Under the pieces are notes generated by a model, which was not told the origin of the DNA, ran no database searches, and saw only the letters and a list, made by a program, of their open reading frames with translations. Both the position numbers and the translations under genes were made by a program. Of a stretch of 32,000 bases of DNA, positions 16,622 through 26,362 are shown piece by piece; position 1 is the first letter of the stretch, and the number at the start of each line of letters is the position of its first letter. This stretch comes from Mycobacterium leprae TN (lineage in GTDB: Bacteria; Actinomycetota; Actinomycetes; Mycobacteriales; Mycobacteriaceae): positions 1,380,001 through 1,412,000 of the forward strand of contig NC_002677.1 of assembly GCF_000195855.1 (NCBI RefSeq). The letters run 5' to 3'.

Positions 16622-19600
16622 GTGACGATCCACGAGCACGACCAAGTGTCCGCTGATCGCAACGGAAATAGCCTACATGGCTCCCGTGCTCTGGCGGATC
16701 GGCTAAAGGCCGGAGAACCGTACGTCGTCGCGTTCGGTGGCCAAGGCAGCGCCTGGCTAGAGACCCTGGAAGAACTCGTGTCCTCGGCTGGGCTCGAAGC
16801 CGACTTGGCAACGTTGGTTTGTGAGGTCGAATTGCTACTCGAACCGGTCGCCAAAGAGCTGGTTGTGGTGCGTCCGATCGGTTTCGAGCCGCTGCAGTGG
16901 GTACGCGCGCTGTTGGCCGAAGACTTGGTACCGTCCGACAAGCACCTGACGTCGGCTGCGGTGTCGGTACCCGGCGTGCTGCTCACCCAGATCGCGGTCG
17001 GGCGCGCTCTGGCACGGCAGGGCATGGACCTTATCGCGACACCCCCGGTGGGGATTGTGGGGCATTCCCAGGGGGTGCTCGCTGTCGAGGCGTTGAAGGC
17101 CGGGGGGGCACGCGACGCTGAGCTATTGGCAATGGCCCAGCTGATTGGTGCTGCCGGAACGTTGGTGGCCCGCCGCCGCGGCATTTCCGTCCTCGGCGAC
17201 CGTCCGCCGATGGTGTCGGTCACCAACGCTGACCCCGAGCGGATTCGCCGGCTGCTCGATGAGTTCGCACAGGATGTTCGCACTGTGCTACCCCCGGTGC
17301 TGTCCATTCGCAACGGGTGGCGTTCGGTTGTTATTACCGGCACTCCCGAACAGCTGTCGCGATTCGAGCGTTACTGCCGGCAGATCTCCGACAAGGAGGA
17401 GGAGGATCGCAGGAAAAAGATCCGCGGTGGTGATATTTTTGCGCCGGTCTTCGATCCGGTGCAGGTAGAGATAGGCTTCCACACGCCACATCTGGCCGAC
17501 GGTATTGGCATCGTCGGAGGCTGGGCCGAGAAAGTCGGCCTCGATGTCACGTTGGCCCGGGAACTGACTGAGGCCATCCTGGTGCGCGGCGTCGACTGGG
17601 TGCGCGAGATTACCCGGGTACATGGTGCTGGCGTTCGGTGGATTATCGATCTGGGTCCTGGCGACATTCTGACCCGGCTGACTGCGCCGGTGATTCGCGG
17701 CCTCGGTGTGGGCATTGTGCCCGTTGCAAATCGAGGTGGTCAGCGCACCCTCTTCACCGTCGGGGCCGTTCCTGAGGTGGTTCGCGCTTGGTTGAGCTAC
17801 GCCCCAACCGTAGTCCAACTTCCCGACGGCAGGATCAAGCTCTCGACGAAGTTTACCCGGCTGACTGGGCGTTCGCCGATTCTGCTCGCGGGCATGACCC
17901 CGACCACCGTCGATGCCAACATTGTGGCTGCTGCGGCCAACGCCGGGCACTGGGCCGAACTGGCCGGTGGTGGGCAGGTCACGGAAGAAATTTTCGCCAA
18001 CCGCGTCGAGCAACTGTCCGGACTGCTCGAGCCTGGACGCACCTATCAGTTCAACGCGTTGTTTCTTGACCCGTACCTGTGGAAGCTGCAAGTTGGCGGC
18101 AAGCGGTTGGTGCAGAAAGCCCGGCAGTCTGGCGCAGCGATCGACGGTGTGGTGATAAGCGGCGGTATTTTAGATTTGGAAGATGCCGTCGAGTTGATCG
18201 AGGAACTGGGTGGCATCGGCATCAGCTATGTCGTGTTCAAACCCGGCACCATTGAGCAGATACGCTCGGTGATTCGTATCGCGACCGAGATGTCCACCAA
18301 GCCGGTGATCATGCATGTCGAGGGTGGGCGTGCAGGCGGTCATCATTCCTGGGAAGACCTCGATGACCTGCTACTTGCCACCTATTCGGAGTTGCGCTCA
18401 CATGCCAACATTACTGTTTGCGTCGGCGGTGGCATTGGCACTCCCGAAAAGGCGGCGGAGTACTTGTCCGGACGTTGGGCGCAAGCGTACGGCTTCCCGT
18501 TGATGCCGATCGACGGTATCCTGGTCGGCACCGCGGCGATGGCTACCAAGGAGGCCACTACCTCGCCATCGGTTAAGCGGATGCTAGTCGAAACGCAAGG
18601 GACCGACCAGTGGATCGGCTCCGGAAAGGCCCAGGGCGGCATGGCTTCCAGCCGTAGCCAGCTCGGTGCCGACATCCACGAGATTGACAACGCTGCCTCG
18701 CGTTGTGGTCGACTACTTGACGAGGTCGCTGGCGATGCTGAGGCGGTCGCAGAACGTCGTGACGAGATCATCGCGGCGATGGCCAACACCGCTAAACCTT
18801 ATTTTGGCGACGTTTCAGAGATGACCTACCTGCAGTGGTTGCAGCGCTACGTTGAGTTGACGATCGGCGAGGGTAACTCGACCGCCGACACTGCGTCACC
18901 GGGCAGCCCATGGCTGGCCGATACCTGGCGTGACCGGTTCCAGAAAATGTTGCAAAGAGCTGAATCACGTTTGCATCCAAGTGATTTCGGTCTGATTAAG
19001 ACAATTTTTACCGATCCTGTGTTACTAGAGAAACCCAACCAGGCTATCGCCGCTCTGCTGAAGTACTACCCAGACGCCGAAACCGTCCAGCTGCACCCGG
19101 CGGATGCGCCTTTCTTCGTCATGCTATGCCAGATGCTGGGCAAGCCGGTCAACTTCGTGCCGGTCATCGACAAGGATGTGCGGCGTTGGTGGCGTAGTGA
19201 CTCGCTGTGGCAGGCGCATGATGCTCGCTATGACGCCGACCAGGTGTGCATCATCCCCGGCATTGCAGCGGTGGCCGGTATTACACAGATGGACGAACCC
19301 GTTGGTGAGTTGCTGGACCGCTTCGAACAGGCCGCCATCGACGAGGTACTCGCCGGCGGAGCGGAGCCGGTGGTGGTTATGTCGCGCCGGTTGGGCCGTG
19401 CCGATGTGGCCGGACCTCTGGCCGTGGTGCTTGACGCACCCGATGTGCTGTGGGCCGGGCGCATCGCTACCAACCCGGTTCATCGGATCGCCGATCCGAA
19501 TGAGTGGCAGGTTAATGGAAACCTCAGTGCGACACACTCATCCACCGGTGCCCAGTTGCAGGTAAAGTCCGAAGACCAGCAGGTAGTTCTCAGCGTCCCG

Positions 19601-22600
19601 GTGTCGAACGGTTGGATCGACATCCCGTTTACGTTGCCTACCAACACCGTTGACGGCGGTGCCTTGCTGGTATCCACCGAGGATGCCACCAGTGCCATGC
19701 GCGCAGTGCTGGCAATCGTCGCTGGTGTTGACGGGCCGGAGTTGCTGTCCCCGGTTAAAGACGGAACTGCTATAGTCACAGTGGACTGGAATCCTGAGCG
19801 GGTTGCTGATCACACCGGGGTCACGGCCACCTTCCGGGAGCCGCTGGCTCCCAGTCTCGCCACTGTGCCCGACGCATTGGTCGGTGCATGCTGGCCCGCG
19901 GTTTTCTCGGCCATCGGCTCCGCAGTTACCGAAGCCGGTGTTTTGGTGGTGGAGGGCCTGCTGAATCTACTGCACCTGGACCACGCTGTCTGTGTTGTTG
20001 GCAAGTTGCCAACAGTTCCAGCCCAATTGACAGTAACCGCAACGGTTTCTTTGGCCATCGATACAGACATGGGCCGTGTCGTGCCCGTCTCGGTGACCAT
20101 TAGAGACACAACCGGAGCCGACGGCGCTGTGCTTGCCACTCTCGAGGAGCGGTTTGTGATCCTCGGACGCACCGGCACCGCGGAACTCACCGGCCCGGTT
20201 CGGGCTGGTGGAGCAATATCTGAGAACGCGACCGACACTCCGCGCCGACGGCGTCGTGACGTCACCCTTACCGCACCGATTGATATGCGTCCGTTCGCAG
20301 TGGTGTCCGGTGACCACAATCCCATTCACACCGACCGGACTGCTGCGCTGTTGGCAGGCTTGGAATCGCCGATCGTGCACGGCATGTGGTTGTCGGCTGC
20401 AGCTCAGCACGTGGTAATGGCTACCGACGGACAAGCTCGACCGGCGGCGCGATTGATCGGGTGGACTGCACGATTCCTGGGTATGGCCCATCCTGGCGAC
20501 AAGGTCGACTTTCGTGTCGACCGCATTGGAATCGACCAGGGAGCAGAGATTTTAGAGGTTAGCGCGCGCATCAGTTCGGGTCTGGTGATGTCGGCTACCG
20601 CACGGCTGGCCGCGCCCAAGACTGTCTACGCGTTCCCCGGCCAGGGTATCCAGCATAAAGGTATGGGCATGGATGTTCGGGCTCGTTCCAAGGCGGCCCG
20701 CAGGGTGTGGGACGATGCTGACAAATTTACTCGTAGCGGGCTTGGGTTTTCGGTCCTGCACGTGGTGCGTGACAACCCGACCAATATCACCGCCAACGGT
20801 GTACATTACCACCATCCCGATGGGGTGTTGTACCTCACACAGTTCACCCAAGTTGCGATGGCTACGGTGGCGGTCGCGCAGGTTGCTGAGATGCGTGAAC
20901 AGGGTGCTTTTGTCGAAGGTGCTATCGCCTGCGGCCATTCCGTCGGCGAATATACGGCATTGGCCTGTGTCATGGGAGTCTATGAGCTAGAAGCCTTGCT
21001 AGAGACTGTGTTTCACCGCGGGTCGAAGATGCACGACATCGTGTTGCGCGACGAACTGGGCCGTTCTAACTACCGGTTGGCGGCGATCCGACCCTCGCAG
21101 ATCGGCCTGCCCGATGATGAGGTTCCCGCGTTTGTCAGAGGAATCGCCGAAAGCACTGGTGAATTCCTGGAGATCGTGAACTTCAACCTGCGTGGCTCGC
21201 AGTACGCGATTGCCGGCACGGTCCACGGCCTGGAAGCATTGGAAGCCGAAGTGGAGCGGCGCCGTGAGCTCACCGGCGGTCGGCGCTCATTCATCTTGGT
21301 GCCTGGCATCGACGTGCCATTCCACTCGCGGGTGCTACGGGTCGGCGTGGCAGAATTCCGCCGTTCGCTGGACCGCGTCCTGCCGCAGGATCAAGATCCC
21401 GACTGGATCATTGGGCGCTACATCCCCAACCTAGTGCCACGGCCGTTCACACTGGCTCGCGACTTCATCCAGGAGATCCGGGATCTGGTACCTGCCGAGC
21501 CACTCGACGATATCCTCGCCGACTATGATACCTGGCGCCGTGAGCGCCCGAGTGAGATGGCGCGGCGGGTGTTAATCGAGCTGTTGGCTTGGCAATTCGC
21601 CAGCCCCGTGCGCTGGATCGAAACGCAGGATCTGTTGTTCACCGAAGAGGCCGCTGGCGGCCTCGGCGTGGAGCGGTTCGTCGAGATCGGTGTGAAGTCG
21701 GCGCCGACCGTTGCTGGGCTCGCTACCGATACCCTTAAACTTCCTGAATATTCCCACAACACAGTCGAAGTGCTCAACGTCGAGCGTGACGCCGCGGTGC
21801 TGTTCGCCACTGACACCGATCCCGAGCTAGAGCCGGAGCCAGAAAACGTATCGGACGCTTCCGCCGCTTTACCGGCAGAAAGCGCGTTAGCGCTGGGAAC
21901 TGTTGCGCCTGCTCCGGTGGTGCCGTCGGGTCCTCGGCCGGAGGACATTTCGTTCGGCGCCGCCGACGCTACATTGGCGTTGATCGCGCTGTCGGCCAAG
22001 ATGCGCCTCGACCAGATTGAGGAGATGGACTCGATCGAGTCCATCACTGATGGCGCGTCGTCGCGGCGTAACCAGCTGCTGGTAGACTTGGGTTCTGAGT
22101 TGAGCCTGGGCGCCATCGATGGCGTCGCCGAGGCGGATCTAGCCGGGCTGCGGTCGCAGGTGACTAAGTTAGCGCGCACCTATAAGCCTTACGGTCCAGT
22201 GCTTTCTGAATTGATTAATGATCAGCTGCGCTCGGCTCTAGGGCCCTCGGGCAAGCGGCCCGGCGTCATCGCCGAGCGGGTCAAGAAGATTTGGGAGCTC
22301 GGCGATGGTTGGGTTAAGCACGTAACGGTCGAGATTGCGCTGGGAACTCGTGAGGGCACCAGTGTTCGTGGGGGACCCCTGGGCAACCTGAACGAGGGTG
22401 CGTTGGCCGATGTCGACTCCGTTGACAAGGCCGTTGACGCGGCGGTCGCTTCGGTCGCTGCGCGGCATGGCGTTGTGGTGGCCCTGCCGTCCGCGGGCAG
22501 TGGAGGAAGTGCGACCGTCGACGTTGCAGCATTGAGCGAATTCACCGATCAGATCACCGGACACGACGGCGTGCTCGCTTCGGCGGCCCGTTTGGTATTG

Positions 22601-25600
22601 GGTCAGCTGGGTCTGGATGGACCCGTTACTGCGGCTCCAGCTACCACCGACACCGGGCTCATCGATTTGGTTACTGCTGAATTGAGTACGGACTGGCCCC
22701 GTTTGGTGGCTCCGGTGTTCGACGTCAAGAAGGCCGTTGTTTTCGACGACCGCTGGGCTAGTGCCCGTGAGGATTTGGTCAGGTTGTGGCTGAATGACGA
22801 GGGTGAGATTGAAGCCCAGTGGTCGCATCTGTCGGAAAGGTTCGAGGGCGCCGGCCACGTCGTTGCTACCCAGGCCACCTGGTGGCAGGGTAAGTCGTTG
22901 GCCGCGGGTCGCCAGATCCACGCGTCGCTGTACGGACGGATCGCTGCCGGTGCCCAGAACCCGGATCGAGGTCTCTACAGCAGTGAAATCGCCGTCGTTA
23001 CAGGAGCTTCAAAGGGTTCGATCGCCGCCTCGGTTGCAGCACGACTGCTCGATGGCGGTGCCACTGTGATAGCGACAACGTCGAAGCTCGACGAGGAAAG
23101 GATAACGTTCTACCGTGCGTTGTACCGTGACCATGCTCGGTACGGCGCCGCGTTGTGGGTGGTCGCGGCCAACATGGCATCCTATTCTGACATTGATGCA
23201 CTGGTTGAATGGATTGGCAACGAACAGACAGAAAGCCTTGGGCCACAGTCGATTCACATCAAGGATGCGCAGACACCGACGCTGCTGTTCCCGTTTGCAG
23301 CGCCGCGTGTGATCGGTGACTTGTCGGAGGCCGGTGCACGCTCCGAGATAGAGATGAAAGTGCTGTTGTGGGCAGTGCAGCGACTGATTGTTGGTCTGTC
23401 GAAGATCGGCACTGAGCGCGATGTCGCGTCGCGGCTGCACGTGGTGTTGCCCGGCTCACCCAACCGCGGCATGTTCGGTGGCGATGGGGCTTACGGCGAA
23501 GCTAAGTCGGCTTTGGACGCCGTGGTGAGTCGTTGGCACGCCGAGTCTTCGTGGGCGGCGCGGGTCAGTCTGGCACATGCGCTGATTGGCTGGACTCGCG
23601 GCACGGGGCTGATGGGGCACAACGACGTTATCGTCAGTGCTGTCGAAGAGGCAGGCGTTACCACGTACTCCACCGATGAGATGGCCGCAATGTTGTTGGA
23701 CTTGTGCAATGCGGAGTCCAAGGTGGCTGCGGCCGGCACGCCGATCACGGTGGACTTGACCGGAGGCCTGGGTGAGGTTGATCTCGACATGGCCGAACTA
23801 GCCGCCAAAGCGCGTGAAGATCATGCGGCGCAGGCCGCAGAAGATGAAGCAACTGAAGCCTCCGAGGTAGCGGGCACGATTGCCGCGTTGCCCTCCCCAC
23901 CTCGCGGCTACACTCCGGCGTCGCCGCACTGGGACGACCTTGATGTCGACCCCGCCGACCTGGTGGTGATTGTCGGTGGCGCCGAAATAGGCCCGTACGG
24001 TTCGTCGCGTACCCGGTTCGAGATGGAGGTTGCGGGCGAACTGTCGGCTGCCGGTGTCCTGGAGTTGGTCTGGACCACTGGATTGATTCGGTGGGAAGAC
24101 GACCCGCAACCCGGTTGGTATGACACCGAATCCGGCGAATTGGTCGACGAGTCCGAATTAGTTGAACGCTACCACGACACCGTGGTGCAGCGTTGCGGCA
24201 TCCGTGAGTTCGTTGATGATGGCACGATCGATCCTGATCATGCGTACCCGCTCCTGGTCTCGGTGTTCTTGGACAAGGACTTCGCGTTCGTCGTCTCCTC
24301 GGAGGCCGACGCTCGTGCCTTTGTCGAGTTCGATCCGGAGCACACGGTTATCCGGCCGGTGCCCGACTCGAGCGACTGGCAGGTCATCCGCAAGGCCGGC
24401 ACCGAGATTAGAGTGCCGCGAAAGATGAAGCTGTCACGGGTCGTTGGTGGTCAGATCCCGACCGGATTCGATCCGACGGTGTGGGGCATTAGCCCCGACA
24501 TGGTCAGTTCCATCGACAGGGTAGCGGTGTGGAGTATCGTAGCAACTGTCGATGCGTTCCTGAGCGCTGGCTTCACCCCCGCCGAGGTGATGCGCTATGT
24601 GCACCCGAGTTTAGTGGCCAACACCATGGGCACCGGTATGGGCGGTGGCACTTCGATACAAAGATTGTATCACAGCAGCTTGTTGGGTCGTAACAAGCCC
24701 AATGACATCTTTCAGGAAATCTTGCCGAATATAGTTGCCGCGCACGTAGTCCAGTCCTATATTGGCAGCTACGGATCGATGATTCACCCGGTCGCTGCAT
24801 GCGCGACGGCCGCGGTGTCGGTCGAGGAGGGTGTCGACAAGATCCGGCTCGGTAAAGCCGAGCTGGTGGTAGCTGGCGGCATAGATGACCTGACGTTGGA
24901 AGGCATCATTGGCTTCGGCGATATGGCGGCCACCGCCGACACCGCCATGATGCGTGGCCGGGGCATCCACGATTCCAAGTTCTCCAGGCCCAACGATCGG
25001 CGTCGACTGGGTTTCGTCGAAGCCCAGGGTGGTGGCACCATCCTGCTGGCGCGTGGTGACCTAGCGCTCAAGATGGGTCTTCCGGTGTTTGCGGTGGTGG
25101 CGTTCGCCCAGTCGTTCGGTGACGGTGTGCACACTTCAATCCCAGCTCCGGGCTTGGGCGCGCTTGGCGCAGGCCGCGGTGGCAAGGATTCGCCGTTGGT
25201 CCAGTCGCTGGCCAAGCTTGGTGTGTCTGCTGACGACATTGCAGTGATCTCCAAGCACGACACTTCGACGCTGGCCAATGATCCCAACGAGACCGAGCTG
25301 CATGAGCGGCTCGCTGACGCGATGGGCCGCTCCGCGGGTGCTCCGCTGTTCGTGGTGTCGCAGAAGAGCCTCACAGGCCACGCCAAGGGAGGCGCGGCAG
25401 TCTTCCAGATGATGGGCTTGTGCCAGATGCTGCGGGATGGGGTAATCCCGCCCAACCGCAGCCTGGATTGCGTCGATGAGGAGCTAGCTGGTGCGGCGCA
25501 CTTTGTATGGCTACGCGACACGCTGCGGCTCGGCGAAAAATTCCCGCTTAAGGCCGGCATGCTGACTAGCCTTGGGTTCGGGCACGTGTCGGGTTTAGTG

Positions 25601-25852
25601 GCGTTGGTGCACCCGCAGGCGTTTATCGCCGCGCTAGACCCAGGTCAGCGGGACGACTACCAGCGGCGTGCGAATGTGCGCCTGCTAGCCGGTCAGCGGC
25701 GTCTGGCTTCGGCGATCGCTGGCGGTGCGCCGATGTACGAGCGGCCACCGGACCGTCGCTTCGACCACCATGTGCCGGAGAAGCTGCAAGAGGCAGCGAT
25801 GTTGCTCAATCCGGCTGCTCGGCTTGGTGACGGCGATGCTTATATCGGATGA
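16622..25852 (+). CDS. fas: Type I multifunctional fatty acid synthase (AT-ER-DH-MPT-ACP-KR-KS)
   Basis: Uninterrupted 3076-aa ORF with a GTG start after a GGGAGA Shine-Dalgarno. The N-terminus MTIHEHDQVSADR matches Mtb Fas (Rv2524c). Active-site motifs located: AT GHSQG (Ser codon 17066-17068); DH GDHNPIH (20309-20329); MPT GHSVGEY (Ser 20939-20941); ACP DGASSRRNQLLVDLG (Ser 22058-22060); KR VTGASKGSIA (about 22995-23025); KS PVAACATA (Cys 24800-24802). Confidence 0.98.
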   Translation: MTIHEHDQVSADRNGNSLHGSRALADRLKAGEPYVVAFGGQGSAWLETLEELVSSAGLEADLATLVCEVELLLEPVAKELVVVRPIGFEPLQWVRALLAEDLVPSDKHLTSAAVSVPGVLLTQIAVGRALARQGMDLIATPPVGIVGHSQGVLAVEALKAGGARDAELLAMAQLIGAAGTLVARRRGISVLGDRPPMVSVTNADPERIRRLLDEFAQDVRTVLPPVLSIRNGWRSVVITGTPEQLSRFERYCRQISDKEEEDRRKKIRGGDIFAPVFDPVQVEIGFHTPHLADGIGIVGGWAEKVGLDVTLARELTEAILVRGVDWVREITRVHGAGVRWIIDLGPGDILTRLTAPVIRGLGVGIVPVANRGGQRTLFTVGAVPEVVRAWLSYAPTVVQLPDGRIKLSTKFTRLTGRSPILLAGMTPTTVDANIVAAAANAGHWAELAGGGQVTEEIFANRVEQLSGLLEPGRTYQFNALFLDPYLWKLQVGGKRLVQKARQSGAAIDGVVISGGILDLEDAVELIEELGGIGISYVVFKPGTIEQIRSVIRIATEMSTKPVIMHVEGGRAGGHHSWEDLDDLLLATYSELRSHANITVCVGGGIGTPEKAAEYLSGRWAQAYGFPLMPIDGILVGTAAMATKEATTSPSVKRMLVETQGTDQWIGSGKAQGGMASSRSQLGADIHEIDNAASRCGRLLDEVAGDAEAVAERRDEIIAAMANTAKPYFGDVSEMTYLQWLQRYVELTIGEGNSTADTASPGSPWLADTWRDRFQKMLQRAESRLHPSDFGLIKTIFTDPVLLEKPNQAIAALLKYYPDAETVQLHPADAPFFVMLCQMLGKPVNFVPVIDKDVRRWWRSDSLWQAHDARYDADQVCIIPGIAAVAGITQMDEPVGELLDRFEQAAIDEVLAGGAEPVVVMSRRLGRADVAGPLAVVLDAPDVLWAGRIATNPVHRIADPNEWQVNGNLSATHSSTGAQLQVKSEDQQVVLSVPVSNGWIDIPFTLPTNTVDGGALLVSTEDATSAMRAVLAIVAGVDGPELLSPVKDGTAIVTVDWNPERVADHTGVTATFREPLAPSLATVPDALVGACWPAVFSAIGSAVTEAGVLVVEGLLNLLHLDHAVCVVGKLPTVPAQLTVTATVSLAIDTDMGRVVPVSVTIRDTTGADGAVLATLEERFVILGRTGTAELTGPVRAGGAISENATDTPRRRRRDVTLTAPIDMRPFAVVSGDHNPIHTDRTAALLAGLESPIVHGMWLSAAAQHVVMATDGQARPAARLIGWTARFLGMAHPGDKVDFRVDRIGIDQGAEILEVSARISSGLVMSATARLAAPKTVYAFPGQGIQHKGMGMDVRARSKAARRVWDDADKFTRSGLGFSVLHVVRDNPTNITANGVHYHHPDGVLYLTQFTQVAMATVAVAQVAEMREQGAFVEGAIACGHSVGEYTALACVMGVYELEALLETVFHRGSKMHDIVLRDELGRSNYRLAAIRPSQIGLPDDEVPAFVRGIAESTGEFLEIVNFNLRGSQYAIAGTVHGLEALEAEVERRRELTGGRRSFILVPGIDVPFHSRVLRVGVAEFRRSLDRVLPQDQDPDWIIGRYIPNLVPRPFTLARDFIQEIRDLVPAEPLDDILADYDTWRRERPSEMARRVLIELLAWQFASPVRWIETQDLLFTEEAAGGLGVERFVEIGVKSAPTVAGLATDTLKLPEYSHNTVEVLNVERDAAVLFATDTDPELEPEPENVSDASAALPAESALALGTVAPAPVVPSGPRPEDISFGAADATLALIALSAKMRLDQIEEMDSIESITDGASSRRNQLLVDLGSELSLGAIDGVAEADLAGLRSQVTKLARTYKPYGPVLSELINDQLRSALGPSGKRPGVIAERVKKIWELGDGWVKHVTVEIALGTREGTSVRGGPLGNLNEGALADVDSVDKAVDAAVASVAARHGVVVALPSAGSGGSATVDVAALSEFTDQITGHDGVLASAARLVLGQLGLDGPVTAAPATTDTGLIDLVTAELSTDWPRLVAPVFDVKKAVVFDDRWASAREDLVRLWLNDEGEIEAQWSHLSERFEGAGHVVATQATWWQGKSLAAGRQIHASLYGRIAAGAQNPDRGLYSSEIAVVTGASKGSIAASVAARLLDGGATVIATTSKLDEERITFYRALYRDHARYGAALWVVAANMASYSDIDALVEWIGNEQTESLGPQSIHIKDAQTPTLLFPFAAPRVIGDLSEAGARSEIEMKVLLWAVQRLIVGLSKIGTERDVASRLHVVLPGSPNRGMFGGDGAYGEAKSALDAVVSRWHAESSWAARVSLAHALIGWTRGTGLMGHNDVIVSAVEEAGVTTYSTDEMAAMLLDLCNAESKVAAAGTPITVDLTGGLGEVDLDMAELAAKAREDHAAQAAEDEATEASEVAGTIAALPSPPRGYTPASPHWDDLDVDPADLVVIVGGAEIGPYGSSRTRFEMEVAGELSAAGVLELVWTTGLIRWEDDPQPGWYDTESGELVDESELVERYHDTVVQRCGIREFVDDGTIDPDHAYPLLVSVFLDKDFAFVVSSEADARAFVEFDPEHTVIRPVPDSSDWQVIRKAGTEIRVPRKMKLSRVVGGQIPTGFDPTVWGISPDMVSSIDRVAVWSIVATVDAFLSAGFTPAEVMRYVHPSLVANTMGTGMGGGTSIQRLYHSSLLGRNKPNDIFQEILPNIVAAHVVQSYIGSYGSMIHPVAACATAAVSVEEGVDKIRLGKAELVVAGGIDDLTLEGIIGFGDMAATADTAMMRGRGIHDSKFSRPNDRRRLGFVEAQGGGTILLARGDLALKMGLPVFAVVAFAQSFGDGVHTSIPAPGLGALGAGRGGKDSPLVQSLAKLGVSADDIAVISKHDTSTLANDPNETELHERLADAMGRSAGAPLFVVSQKSLTGHAKGGAAVFQMMGLCQMLRDGVIPPNRSLDCVDEELAGAAHFVWLRDTLRLGEKFPLKAGMLTSLGFGHVSGLVALVHPQAFIAALDPGQRDDYQRRANVRLLAGQRRLASAIAGGAPMYERPPDRRFDHHVPEKLQEAAMLLNPAARLGDGDAYIG

Positions 25853-25880
25853 GTTCGGTCATCGGTTAACGTAGCACTTC

Positions 25881-26273
25881 GTGGGCATTGTCGGCGTGGG
25901 AATCGACCTCGTCTCCATCCCTGATTTCGCCGAGCAGGTCAGCCAACCGGGAACGGTGTTCATGACTATCTTCACTCCTGGTGAGCGTCGCGATGCCTCG
26001 GTCAAGAGTTCGTCGGCGGTGTGTCACCTGGCGGCGCGTTGGGCTGTGAAGGAAGCGGTGATCAAGGCGTGGTCAGGATCGCGGTTCGCCCAGCGACCGA
26101 TGCTGCCAGAGAACATCCACCGCGATATCGAGGTAGTCAACGACATGTGGGGCCGTCCGCGGGTCCGGCTCACCGGAGCCATCGCTAAGCATCTGACGGA
26201 TGTGACGATCCATGTGTCGCTGACGCACGAAGGGGATATCGCGGCGGCAGTGGTGATCTTGGAGGTTCTGTGA
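25881..26273 (+). CDS. acpS: Holo-[acyl-carrier-protein] synthase (4'-phosphopantetheinyl transferase)
   Basis: The 130-aa ORF (GTG start) reads MGIVGVGIDLVSIPDFAEQV...AARWAVKEAVIKAW...HVSLTHEGDIAAAVVILE, the canonical AcpS sequence. It starts 28 nt after the fas stop, consistent with the known fas-acpS operon of mycobacteria. Confidence 0.95.
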   Translation: MGIVGVGIDLVSIPDFAEQVSQPGTVFMTIFTPGERRDASVKSSSAVCHLAARWAVKEAVIKAWSGSRFAQRPMLPENIHRDIEVVNDMWGRPRVRLTGAIAKHLTDVTIHVSLTHEGDIAAAVVILEVL

Positions 26274-26312
26274 GCTGGGGTACCTCCCCCGTTTGTGGGG
26301 AGGTACCCCAGC
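26274..26312 (+). terminator. Perfect 16-bp stem / 7-nt loop hairpin immediately after the acpS stop (no U-tract)
   Basis: GCTGGGGTACCTCCCC cgtttgt GGGGAGGTACCCCAGC. The arms are exact reverse complements and the hairpin begins 1 nt after the TGA. It is followed by CGCCTGCGG rather than a T-run, so it would be an I-shaped mycobacterial terminator type. Confidence 0.6.
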
Positions 26313-26362
26313 CGCCTGCGGCGCAAGCTGGCGTGCAGTAGACGCTGGACTAGCCTCAAGCC

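Noticed and set aside
16402-18091. Long minus-strand ORFs (313 aa at 16402..17343; 267 aa at 17288..18091) overlapping the 5' part of fas, with similar ones at 21523..22179, 22238..22921 and 24784..25560
   Set aside because: They are antisense to a gene whose sense frame has unmistakable Fas homology along its whole length. Their products are low-complexity Arg/Ser/Pro/Ala-rich strings, typical of stop-poor antisense frames in GC-rich coding DNA.
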